Of a stretch of DNA of 64,000 nucleotides, positions 17,487-26,103 are shown piece after piece. This DNA comes from Oscillospiraceae bacterium (GTDB lineage Bacteria > Bacillota > Clostridia > Oscillospirales > Oscillospiraceae): contig JAYFRC010000034.1 in the NCBI GenBank assembly GCA_034926415.1, forward strand, positions 4,232-68,231, written 5' to 3'. Under the pieces are notes generated by a model, which saw only the letters and a list, made by a program, of their open reading frames with translations, did not search any database and was not told where the DNA came from. Within the stretch, counting starts at the first letter, position 1, and each line of letters opens with the position of its first letter. Both the position numbers and the translations under genes were made by a program.

Positions 17487-18475
17487 AGAAGAAAATCATA
17501 AACGACCCTGAAAACTGCGTCAGCGAGACCGCGGAAGGCTTCCTGCTGGCTCATCCGAAGCTGTATGAAAAGGTTCCCGACGTCGCCGGGATAAAGGTGA
17601 AAAATGTCAAGGACAAGACGGCGCTCGTCATCGGAGGCGGCAGCGGACACGAGCCGATGTTCTCCTTTTTCGTGGGCGACAATCTGGCCGACGCCGCCGC
17701 TGCCGGAAACATCTTCGCCTCGCCCGACCCGGGAACCATAATGCAGACAGCCATGTCGGTCGACTCCGGCAAGGGCGTGCTGTTCGTCTACGGAAACTAC
17801 GCGGGAGACAACCTCAACTTCGATATGGCTGCCGAGCTGCTCGGCGACATGGGAGTCGAGAGCAAAACAGTCCGCGTGCGGGACGACATAGCGTCCGCCC
17901 CGAAAGACCGCGCCGATGACAGGAGAGGCATTGCGGGAGATCTGTTCGTAGTCAAGATAGCCGGAGCGGCCACAGCGTCAGGACTCACGCTCGACGAGGC
18001 ATGGCAAGTTACGGCGAAAGCCCGCGACAACACGTTCAGTATTGGCGTTGGCCTCGAGGGCGCAACTATTCCGGGAGAAAGCAAGCCGATATTCACCCTG
18101 CCCGAGGACGAGATAGAATTCGGGCTCGGCATACACGGCGAGCCCGGCGTCCACAGAATGAAGATGATGTCCGCCGACGCTATAGTCGACATGCTCGTCG
18201 AATTGCTGCTCAAGGATTCCGGCATCAAGGCCGGAGACCGCGTATGCACTTACGTCAACGGGCTCGGCTCCACCACGCTGATGGAGCTGCACATAATGAA
18301 CAGGCGGCTCGCTCAGATACTTCGGGAAAAACAGATATCCGTGTACGACATGGAGGTCAATTCCTACGTCACGACGCAGGAGATGGCCGGCGCGTCGATA
18401 ACGCTGTTCAAACTCGACGACGAGCTCCAGAAGTATTACGATATGCCCTGCGACTCCGTGTACTATAAGAAATAA
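17483..18475 (+). CDS. dhaK: DhaK-type substrate-binding subunit (second set)
   Basis: VKKKIINDPEN N-terminus, GGGSGHEP, GLGIHGEPG. GTG start overlapping the dhaL stop (GTGA). Confidence 0.85.
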   Translation: MKKKIINDPENCVSETAEGFLLAHPKLYEKVPDVAGIKVKNVKDKTALVIGGGSGHEPMFSFFVGDNLADAAAAGNIFASPDPGTIMQTAMSVDSGKGVLFVYGNYAGDNLNFDMAAELLGDMGVESKTVRVRDDIASAPKDRADDRRGIAGDLFVVKIAGAATASGLTLDEAWQVTAKARDNTFSIGVGLEGATIPGESKPIFTLPEDEIEFGLGIHGEPGVHRMKMMSADAIVDMLVELLLKDSGIKAGDRVCTYVNGLGSTTLMELHIMNRRLAQILREKQISVYDMEVNSYVTTQEMAGASITLFKLDDELQKYYDMPCDSVYYKK

Positions 18476-18537
18476 AATTTGCCTCTCCCTGTCTTTACGG
18501 CAGGGAGAGCTGCGCATAACCGCGAAAGGAAAGGAGC

Positions 18538-18559
18538 GGATATTGCCGTGGCAATATCC
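18538..18559 (+). promoter_or_regulatory. Perfect 10-bp hairpin inserted between the SD and the start codon of the TIM-like gene
   Basis: GGAAAGGAG (18528-18536), then GGATATTGCC-GT-GGCAATATCC, then 10 nt, then ATG at 18570. Confidence 0.5.
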
Positions 18560-18569
18560 CTGAACGCAT

Positions 18570-19367
18570 ATGGCAAAGCTTGACAAACTGTATCTCGGCA
18601 CCAACACGAAAATGTACAAGGACATAAGCCAGACCGTGGACTTCCTTACCACCCTGCGCGATTACACCGCGGGGATCAGCCGCGATGAGCTCGAACTGTT
18701 CGTAATCCCCTCGTTCACAACGCTCGACCGCGCCCGCATAAGCGTGACGTCGGAAGAGATACATCTCGGCGCGCAGAACATGGGCTGGGAAAGCGAGGGG
18801 CAGTTCAGCGGCGAGGTTTCGCCCCTGATGCTGAAGGAAGTCGGAAGCGAGATAGTGATGATAGGTCACAGTGAGCGCAGGCACGTTCTTGGCGAAACCG
18901 ACGTCATGGAAAACAAGAAAGTGCTCTGTGCGCTGAAATTCGGACTTATTCCGCTGCTCTGCATCGGCGAGACCGGCGACGAGAAGGCGATGGGAATATC
19001 AGACGAGGTGCTCAGGACTCAGCTCAAGATAGGACTGCATGGCGTCGACCTTTCCGCCGGAGGAGAGCTGTGGGTCGCCTATGAACCCGTATGGGCCATC
19101 GGCGTAAACGGCGTGCCCGCGACAAAGGAATACGCCGAAGAGAAGCACTGCGTCATAAGAAACGCTCTCACCGAGATACTCGGGGAGAAATACGGGAACA
19201 GCGTCCCCATATTGTACGGCGGAAGCGTCAACCCCGAGAACGCACCCGGACTCATACAGATGAAAAACATCGACGGCCTGTTTATCGGAAGGAGCGCGTG
19301 GCAGTCTAAGAACTTCAGCGATATCATCAACACCGTCCTCCCGCTCTGGAGAGCTAAATCTGTCTGA
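18570..19367 (+). CDS. Triose-phosphate-isomerase-family protein (paralogue; probably a sugar-phosphate isomerase)
   Basis: Catalytic-type residues are kept (NTKMY Lys, GHSERR His, YEPVWAIG Glu, YGGSV). It deviates from the canonical NWKMN and AIGTG motifs and is embedded in a sugar operon, not a glycolytic one. Confidence 0.75.
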   Translation: MAKLDKLYLGTNTKMYKDISQTVDFLTTLRDYTAGISRDELELFVIPSFTTLDRARISVTSEEIHLGAQNMGWESEGQFSGEVSPLMLKEVGSEIVMIGHSERRHVLGETDVMENKKVLCALKFGLIPLLCIGETGDEKAMGISDEVLRTQLKIGLHGVDLSAGGELWVAYEPVWAIGVNGVPATKEYAEEKHCVIRNALTEILGEKYGNSVPILYGGSVNPENAPGLIQMKNIDGLFIGRSAWQSKNFSDIINTVLPLWRAKSV

Positions 19368-19390
19368 TGTTAAAATGCTGAGCCGCACAA

Positions 19391-19421
19391 CGCGCGTGCC
19401 TTCGGGCGCGCGCGTTTTTTT
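19391..19421 (+). terminator. Intrinsic terminator of the sugar operon
   Basis: CGCGCGTGCC-TTCG-GGCGCGCGCG followed by TTTTTTT. Confidence 0.8.
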
Positions 19422-19481
19422 ACGTAGTTTTCAAAAGCGTCGGGATTGCAGCGTTTTGCCTCCCTAAACGGAGCATATTAC

Positions 19482-19510
19482 TTGACGTAATCCTATGATA
19501 AGAGTAAAAT
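19482..19510 (+). promoter_or_regulatory. Putative promoter with a long (~230-280 nt) leader before the REC-EAL gene
   Basis: TTGACG, 17-nt spacer, TAAAAT. Confidence 0.4.
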
Positions 19511-19740
19511 TAAAATGCTAAATTGTATGTAGTTTTGCGTATTGTAACCGTTTGTCAAACCGGGCGAATCTCCACCCGATTTCAGTCTCTTCAGAACGAA
19601 AAGTCTGAAAATGATGAGTCAGAGTATAAAAACGTTAAGATACCCTTTATAAAAAACCGAGAATTTCATCGCTCTAATGCGTGAATAACACGGCAGTGTA
19701 CGAAAGCGAAAAGCCGAAAAACTCCGGGCAGTAACTCCGC

Positions 19741-21885
19741 ATGAACACACGCGGCGGGACGCGCGGGAAACAGGAGTTGAGTGTTGTGGAAGATACAAAC
19801 AGAGACAGACAGACCGTGCTTATAGTCGAGGACCTCAAGACGAACCGAAAAATTCTGCATAACATACTCGACAGCGAATATAACGTCGTCGAGGCTGAAA
19901 ACGGCGACGCCGCATTTGTCAGGCTTGACGAATGCGGCGATATCACTGCGATACTGCTCGACATAATCATGCCCGTGATGGACGGATACGCCTTCCTCGA
20001 AAAGCTCAGGAACACGTCCTACTCAGCTATTCCCGTCATCGCCGTGACGGGCGATAATGACGCAGGGACCAAGCAGAAGGCGCTTCAGCTCGGAGCATGG
20101 GATTTCGTGTCCAAGCCCTATAGGGCGGACGCTCTTATGCTGTGCCTTAAAAACGTCATCATACGCAGTCAGGTCTATCTCCTAAGCGAGATGCGCCGAA
20201 CCTACGAGTATGACGCGCTGACCGGACTTTTCAACCGTTCCAAATTTTTTGAAGAAACAAAGCGCCTGCTCGAGCACAACAGCGACCTCAGTTACGCACT
20301 GATGTGTTTTGATATCGACCAGTCCCACCTTCTCAACTCCTTCTGGGGCGAGGAGGAGGTCGACAGGTTTCTTAGCTTTATTGCGGACGCGCTCCGGGAA
20401 GTCGCAAAGAGCGCCGCGCCCTGCACTTTTTCCCGCATAAGTACAGACACGTTCTGCATCTGCGAGCCCTACAACACGGATGCGATAGCGCTTCAGGTGG
20501 CCGAGCTGCGCGCAAAATTTTCCGACTACAACAAAAACTATCTCATAGAGCCGTCTTTCGGCGTCTACGTCATAACCGACAAAAACGAAAAGATACAGAC
20601 TATGTTAGAGCGCGCCACGCTCGCGGCCAAGGAATGCAAGGACAAATTCATGTCGTTTCTGCGCTACTACAATCCCGAGATGAGCCTTAAGGCCGAACAG
20701 GAGCAGATGATAGTAAGCGATATGCATAACGCGCTAGAGACGGGCCAGTTCCAGGTTTACCTCCAGCCGAAATATAATCTCAAGACCGAAAAGCCCTACG
20801 GCGCGGAAGCTCTTATACGCTGGCAGCATCCCGAATTCGGACTGCTATTGCCCGGCATGTTCATTCCGATATTTGAAAGAAACGGTTTTATCGGAAAAAT
20901 CGACTATTACATGTGGGAAAAGATCTGCGCAATGCTCCGCAAATGGCTTGACGAGGGCTTGGAACCCGCGCCGATATCGGTAAACGTATCGCGCGTCAAC
21001 ATGTATAATCCGAACCTCGTAAGCCTCATATCGAATCTCGTAAAAAAATACAACATTCCTCCGAGGCTGCTCAATCTCGAGCTTACCGAGAGCGCGTACA
21101 TGGACAACCCCGACATCATGGGCAAGACCGTACTGGCGCTGCAGAAGGCCGGATTCACGGTGATGATGGATGATTTCGGGAGCGGCTACTCCTCGCTTAA
21201 CACGCTGAAGGATATACCGATAAACGTCCTGAAAATTGATATGCAGTTCCTCTCTGGCAACGCGGAAGCTGGGCGAAAGGAATGCATAATGGCCGCCGTG
21301 GTCCACATGGCCAGCTGGCTCGGGATACCCGTTATCATGGAGGGCGTTGAGACATCCCGGCAGGTCAGCTTTCTCAAGAGCATCGGCTGCGGTTACGTCC
21401 AGGGTTATTATTTTGCAAAGCCCATGCCAGTCCCGGAATACGAGGCGCTGGTCAGCGGAGTGCGGCAGGAACCTGTGGAGTCCCTGTCCGTCAATCACGA
21501 GGAGCTCGTCTATACGATATGGTCGTCCGATCCGCACATCGACCTGTTGTTTAACAGCATCAAGCGTCCCGCGGCGGTGTACCAGTTTGAAAACGGATTT
21601 TTTCGCGCTATACGCGTAAATTCCGATTTCATCAAATTCTTTGGATACGGCGAGGAAATAGTCGACACCAGCATACATGGCCGCCATTCTCATCTTTCTC
21701 CCGCCGCGCGGGCAACCGTCGTCGACGCTTTCATGCGCGCCGTGGAAACGCGGGATGAAAGCGCCTGCGAATACGAGCTGAACGACGATTTGGGAGCGAC
21801 GCGGCGGATATCCCTCTCCCTGCGCTACTGGGGAGCGAATGAAAGCGCCAATATCCTCTTCGCTCTGTTTTTCGAGGCCGACTGA
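19741..21885 (+). CDS. Response-regulator receiver + degenerate GGDEF + EAL phosphodiesterase + C-terminal PAS-like domain
   Basis: REC domain (LIVED..LLDIIMP..SKP). GGDEF-like domain with the signature replaced by RISTDTF. Intact EAL motifs (EALIRW, ELTES, DDFGSGYSSL, KID, EGVET, QGYYFAKP). A GTG at 19786 with AGGAG 9 nt upstream is a likelier start. Confidence 0.85.
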   Translation: MNTRGGTRGKQELSVVEDTNRDRQTVLIVEDLKTNRKILHNILDSEYNVVEAENGDAAFVRLDECGDITAILLDIIMPVMDGYAFLEKLRNTSYSAIPVIAVTGDNDAGTKQKALQLGAWDFVSKPYRADALMLCLKNVIIRSQVYLLSEMRRTYEYDALTGLFNRSKFFEETKRLLEHNSDLSYALMCFDIDQSHLLNSFWGEEEVDRFLSFIADALREVAKSAAPCTFSRISTDTFCICEPYNTDAIALQVAELRAKFSDYNKNYLIEPSFGVYVITDKNEKIQTMLERATLAAKECKDKFMSFLRYYNPEMSLKAEQEQMIVSDMHNALETGQFQVYLQPKYNLKTEKPYGAEALIRWQHPEFGLLLPGMFIPIFERNGFIGKIDYYMWEKICAMLRKWLDEGLEPAPISVNVSRVNMYNPNLVSLISNLVKKYNIPPRLLNLELTESAYMDNPDIMGKTVLALQKAGFTVMMDDFGSGYSSLNTLKDIPINVLKIDMQFLSGNAEAGRKECIMAAVVHMASWLGIPVIMEGVETSRQVSFLKSIGCGYVQGYYFAKPMPVPEYEALVSGVRQEPVESLSVNHEELVYTIWSSDPHIDLLFNSIKRPAAVYQFENGFFRAIRVNSDFIKFFGYGEEIVDTSIHGRHSHLSPAARATVVDAFMRAVETRDESACEYELNDDLGATRRISLSLRYWGANESANILFALFFEAD

Positions 21886-22220
21886 GCCGTCGTCCATATA
21901 AATCCGCATACTTAACGGCGCCGCCCGCTCGGCAGCCGTATCGCAGCATCAAACTTAAAAAACAAGTCAATCAAAACCATTAACAAACAAAAATGTATCA
22001 ATGCCGGGATTGATTTTGATGACGGCGGCGCAAGTTTTTGTTTCTCTTCCGATATTATCCTGCATACGCGGAATAATCGGCGCGGCTGAACAGAATACTA
22101 AGCCTGGAGTTTTTTTCGCGGCTATCGTTTATCCCTGATTCTCAGGTGCGGCGCTGCAAAGATGATGAAAAATCCCCTCAAAACAAGCAAAAATATGTAG
22201 TATATTTTTACAAAAAACGC

Positions 22221-22248
22221 TTGATTTTATTGTTTATCATGCTAAAAT
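22221..22248 (+). promoter_or_regulatory. Putative promoter of the GT2 gene
   Basis: TTGATT, 16-nt spacer, (TGc)TAAAAT extended -10. Confidence 0.4.
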
Positions 22249-22327
22249 GACCTCTGGTTGGAAGTAGCACTTAATGAACCGTGTCAGAGGCGCGGCGCAT
22301 AGTGCGGAAAAGAGATAACGATATTAT

Positions 22328-23653
22328 ATGCTCAGAATCTTAACAGACATAAACTTTGTCATATTCGTCCTTATGTCCGCGGCTTATTTTTACCACTTTG
22401 TTTACATGGCCGTCGGTTTCGCCGGGCGACACAAAGTCGACACCACCCCTGCTTCACGCAAACATCGCTTTGCCGCGCTGATCTGCGCAAGAAATGAGAC
22501 CGCGGTCATCGGGGAGCTGGTGGAGAGTCTTAAAAATCAAAACTATCCCTCAGAGCTCCTCGACATCTACGTTCTCGCCGACAACTGCACGGACGACACC
22601 GCATCAGCCGCCGAGCGCGCCGGAGCACGCGTGTTTATACGCTACAACTCCGAAAAGGTCGGCAAGGGCTACGCGCTCGATTATCTGCTCAAAAAGATTA
22701 AAGCCGAATGCGGCTACCGCGCATACGACGGGTACTTTGTCTTCGACGCGGACAATATTGTTGACCGCAATTTTGTCTCCGAGATGAACAGGACCTATTC
22801 CAAGGGCTACGACGTCATCACCTGCTACCGCAATTCCAAGAATTTCGCGTCAAACTGGATAACTTACGGCTACTCGCTCTGGTTCCTTTACGAAGCGCGC
22901 TATATCAACGCCGCGCGCATGGCGCTCAACAACGGCTGCGCCGTATCAGGCACCGGATTCATGGTCTCCTCGCGCATAATAGAAGAAAACAACGGCTGGC
23001 CCTTCCATCTGCTCACCGAGGATATACAGTTCTCCGTCAACTGCGCCGTAAACGGCTGCAAGATAGGCTACTGCAACGGCGCGATAGTATACGACGAGCA
23101 GCCGCAGACTTTCTCACAGTCCTGGGCGCAGAGAATGCGCTGGGCTAAGGGCTTTTACCAGATAGACACCCGCTACCTCGGCAAGCTTGTGCGCGGAATG
23201 TTCATAAACCGCGGAGTACGGATGACCTGCTATGATATATTCATGACCGTCGCGCCGCTCATGCTGTTCAGCGTGATGATAATGGGAGTTAATTTCTTAG
23301 TACTCGGCGCGTGTCTGCTTACCCCCGCGATGAGCGCCGCGTATTCCATGGCGGCCATCACCGCGCGCCTTATTGCCGCCGACACAATATCATTCATTAT
23401 AACCAGTCTTTTATTCGGCTATGTCGGCGTCGTCCTTATGGGGCTAATGACCGTCATCTCCGAGTGGAATCGAATACCGGCAGAGGGCATACATAAGATA
23501 GCCCTGTTGCCCACATTCCCCGTTTTCCTCGCGACCTACGTCCCCATCGCCATCATAGCGCTTTTCGTCAAGGTCGACTGGAAGCCCATCCGCCATTTCT
23601 CTTCCTCCGAAATCCGTGAGCGCGACGCGCTCCCTGTAGGAAGGCGGAGCTGA
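22328..23653 (+). CDS. Membrane-embedded family-2 glycosyltransferase (processive synthase-like)
   Basis: N-terminal TM segment. Motifs CARNE, LADNCTDDT, FDADN and QRMRWAKG (QxxRW). Four or more C-terminal TM segments. No PilZ domain. Confidence 0.8.
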   Translation: MLRILTDINFVIFVLMSAAYFYHFVYMAVGFAGRHKVDTTPASRKHRFAALICARNETAVIGELVESLKNQNYPSELLDIYVLADNCTDDTASAAERAGARVFIRYNSEKVGKGYALDYLLKKIKAECGYRAYDGYFVFDADNIVDRNFVSEMNRTYSKGYDVITCYRNSKNFASNWITYGYSLWFLYEARYINAARMALNNGCAVSGTGFMVSSRIIEENNGWPFHLLTEDIQFSVNCAVNGCKIGYCNGAIVYDEQPQTFSQSWAQRMRWAKGFYQIDTRYLGKLVRGMFINRGVRMTCYDIFMTVAPLMLFSVMIMGVNFLVLGACLLTPAMSAAYSMAAITARLIAADTISFIITSLLFGYVGVVLMGLMTVISEWNRIPAEGIHKIALLPTFPVFLATYVPIAIIALFVKVDWKPIRHFSSSEIRERDALPVGRRS

Positions 23654-23697
23654 CTCGGCGAGTGCCGTCAGACGGCATAAAAATTTTGAAAACAAGA

Positions 23698-23737
23698 AGA
23701 GCAGGCTTTTTCAGAAAGCCTGCTCTTTTTATTTTTT
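23698..23737 (+). terminator. Intrinsic terminator
   Basis: AGAGCAGGCTTT-TTCAG-AAAGCCTGCTCT followed by TTTTATTTTTT. Confidence 0.8.
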
Positions 23738-23871
23738 ACCGACCTTTTATCGCGTCAAAGGCATATATTTTTATATTTACACATATATTGCAGGCCGTTT
23801 ATACTGCGCAATATGAAAGGATTTAACAGCCCGCTCAGAAACGAAAATCGTTGTTACGGCTCCTGCATCTG

Positions 23872-23900
23872 TTGCCACAAACGCTTTCCCGTTGTATAAT
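23872..23900 (+). promoter_or_regulatory. Promoter of the alcohol dehydrogenase gene
   Basis: TTGCCA, 17-nt spacer, TATAAT, about 40 nt upstream of the ATG. Confidence 0.5.
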
Positions 23901-23941
23901 GGATAACCAACTGAATATTCATACAGAAGGAGAGTGTTTTC

Positions 23942-25039
23942 ATGGAGCTTCATTTCTGCCTCCCGACCGACGCTTATTTCGGCAGGAACTGCGTCAAGGC
24001 GCGAGCCGCCGAACTTAAAAAGCTCGGCGGGAGGGCGCTTATAGTCACGGGTGCGCACAGCGCCGAAGCGTGCGGCGCTCTTTGCGACGTTACCTCAACC
24101 CTCTCCGCAAACGGCCAGGACTTTGCGGTGTTCAACGCAATAGCCAGCAACCCGACGATAGACAGCGTCTACGCCGGCGCGAACGCCGCACGGGATGCCG
24201 GAGCGGACTTCGTCATCGGTATAGGCGGCGGTTCGCCTATGGACGCCTCCAAAGCGATAGCCCTGCTGGCCGCGGACGATATCCCTCGCAATGAGCTGTT
24301 CTCCTGCGCGTACAAAAAGCGCATTCCTCTGTGCTGCATCCCTACCACTGCTGGTACCGGAAGCGAGGTCACGCAGTATTCGGTTCTGACAAACGACGCA
24401 GCGCAGTCCAAAACCTCTATGTCCTCTCCATTGCTGTTTCCCGACCTCGCGCTGCTCGACGGGAAGTATCTTGAGAAGCTTCCTGGACGTACGATGATAA
24501 ACACAGTCATAGACTCTCTGTCGCACTCGGTCGAAAGCTGCCTGTCCGTGCGCGCAAACGCGCTCACACGCATTCTCGCCGCCGAAGCCATAGGCACGAT
24601 AGTCCCGCTGTTCGGCTCGCTGCGCGGATGGCTCGACTATGAGTCGCGAGAAAAGCTGCTCTATACCTCAATGCTTGGCGGCATGGTTATAGCCCAGACG
24701 GGAACTACCGCCGTACACTCCATGGGCTATTCGCTTACATATTTCAAGCACATCGACCACGGGCGCGCAAACGGTCTGCTGCTTGCCGCCTACCTTTGCG
24801 TAGTGGCGCAGGAGCGCCCGGATCTCGTCTCTCTTATACTCGCGGCGGCTAAGATGTCGTCCATAGACGATTTCCGCCGCGCGCTCGACGATCTGCTCGG
24901 CGAGAAGGAGCCGCTTACGGCCGACGAGGTCGAAAAATTCACCGACATATCCGCCCATGCCAAAAACATCGCCAACTGCGCCGTCCGCCCCACGGCCTGC
25001 GAAATAGCCATGATATACAAAAAGTCCTTCGGATTATAA
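23942..25039 (+). CDS. Iron-containing (group III) alcohol dehydrogenase
   Basis: GIGGGSPMDASK motif and His-rich metal site (HSVES..HSMGY). 365 aa. Confidence 0.85.
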   Translation: MELHFCLPTDAYFGRNCVKARAAELKKLGGRALIVTGAHSAEACGALCDVTSTLSANGQDFAVFNAIASNPTIDSVYAGANAARDAGADFVIGIGGGSPMDASKAIALLAADDIPRNELFSCAYKKRIPLCCIPTTAGTGSEVTQYSVLTNDAAQSKTSMSSPLLFPDLALLDGKYLEKLPGRTMINTVIDSLSHSVESCLSVRANALTRILAAEAIGTIVPLFGSLRGWLDYESREKLLYTSMLGGMVIAQTGTTAVHSMGYSLTYFKHIDHGRANGLLLAAYLCVVAQERPDLVSLILAAAKMSSIDDFRRALDDLLGEKEPLTADEVEKFTDISAHAKNIANCAVRPTACEIAMIYKKSFGL

Positions 25040-25044
25040 AAACA

Positions 25045-25092
25045 AAAAACGACGCGCTGCAAAAAACGCAGCGCGTCATTTTTATTTTTTTG
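25045..25092. terminator. Bidirectional intrinsic terminator
   Basis: GACGCGCTGC-AAAAAAC-GCAGCGCGTC flanked by A-run and T-run, between convergent genes. Confidence 0.8.
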
Positions 25093-25945
25093 ACTTGAGC
25101 CACTGAAACATTGCTATTATAGCGACGCCAATGATGAAGAAGAGCAAAGAAAACGTATTCCACGTCATAGCGGGCTGTGCGGGACTGAGCGATTCAGGAC
25201 CAACGGTAACCGCGTACAGCGAGCCTATCATCAGGCCGAGGATGGCGTATACGGTCGCCGAGCGGTATTTTTCAAGGCAACGCTTTATGACGCGCACAAC
25301 CGTTACGGCTCCGACCACGGCGCCGAAAACGAACAGGATAAGCGCGGGGGCGGAGGACGCGTCGCCGCCGGTAAGCTGATGAACTCCGGTAATGACCGGA
25401 AGATACAGTCCGAGAATGAGCAGTATGGTCGAGCCGGAGATTCCGGGCAGGAACATTGCGGAGATGGCCGCCATGCCGGAGACGAAAATATACGCGGCCA
25501 GCGGCACGGTCAGGCGGGTTATATCCATCCCCGTCCCGGACGTTGGGTTAAAGTACGACAGTGCGGCAACGAGCGCCACGCCCGCGATGAGAAACGGGAT
25601 ATTCCTGTACTTCCCTTTTATTACATCTTTCTCCTCGATGTATATAACGGGCAGCGCGCCTATTATAAAGCCGAGAAACAGCGAGCTCACGTCGTAGATA
25701 TGCGTGCTGAAGACCCCAGCCAGTATCGTCACCGATATGAGCATGCCGATGACCCAGCCGACGCCGAGGTTAACAAGGAATTTTACGCTGCGTATCTTTC
25801 TGTCAATCTTTCCGAAAAACAGGCCCTCGATGGAGCCGATAAATTTGTCGTAAAAGCCCATTATAAAGGCTATGGTCCCGCCGGAAACGCCGGGGACGCT
25901 GTCAGCCAGCGCCATGCAGAACCCCTGTATCGCGGTAATTATCAT
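25082..25945 (-). CDS. DUF368-family polytopic membrane protein
   Basis: ALADSVPGVSGGTIAF N-terminal signature of DUF368. The start at MIITAIQ has an AAAGGAGAAGG RBS. Confidence 0.75.
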   Translation of the reverse strand: MIITAIQGFCMALADSVPGVSGGTIAFIMGFYDKFIGSIEGLFFGKIDRKIRSVKFLVNLGVGWVIGMLISVTILAGVFSTHIYDVSSLFLGFIIGALPVIYIEEKDVIKGKYRNIPFLIAGVALVAALSYFNPTSGTGMDITRLTVPLAAYIFVSGMAAISAMFLPGISGSTILLILGLYLPVITGVHQLTGGDASSAPALILFVFGAVVGAVTVVRVIKRCLEKYRSATVYAILGLMIGSLYAVTVGPESLSPAQPAMTWNTFSLLFFIIGVAIIAMFQWLKSKK

Positions 25946-26051
25946 GTCCTTCTCCTTTGTTCTCTGAAAAAGCAAGTAATAAGACAGGGTTCAGTATAAC
26001 ACAATATGAAAAATTTTTATAGAAATTATTATAAAGAATCCGTTAAATGTA

Positions 26052-26082
26052 GGGCTGCCGCGTATTGAAAGCGCGGCAGCCC
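26052..26082 (-). terminator. Hairpin downstream of phoR (weak U-tract)
   Basis: GGGCTGCCGCG / CGCGGCAGCCC, 11-bp stem, about 20 nt after the phoR stop. Confidence 0.45.
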
Positions 26083-26103
26083 CGCTGCGTTCTTGAAAAT
26101 GCG

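Noticed and set aside
18570-19367. Housekeeping tpiA
   Set aside because: It lies in a sugar operon rather than a gap-pgk-tpi-pgm context, and it deviates at the canonical NWKMN and AIGTG motifs. I treat it as a specialised paralogue.
21886-22327. c-di-GMP riboswitch in front of the GT2 gene
   Set aside because: The leader after the putative promoter is only about 75 nt, and I see no GEMM-I/II conserved elements. The only structure is a simple CCTCTG/CAGAGG stem.
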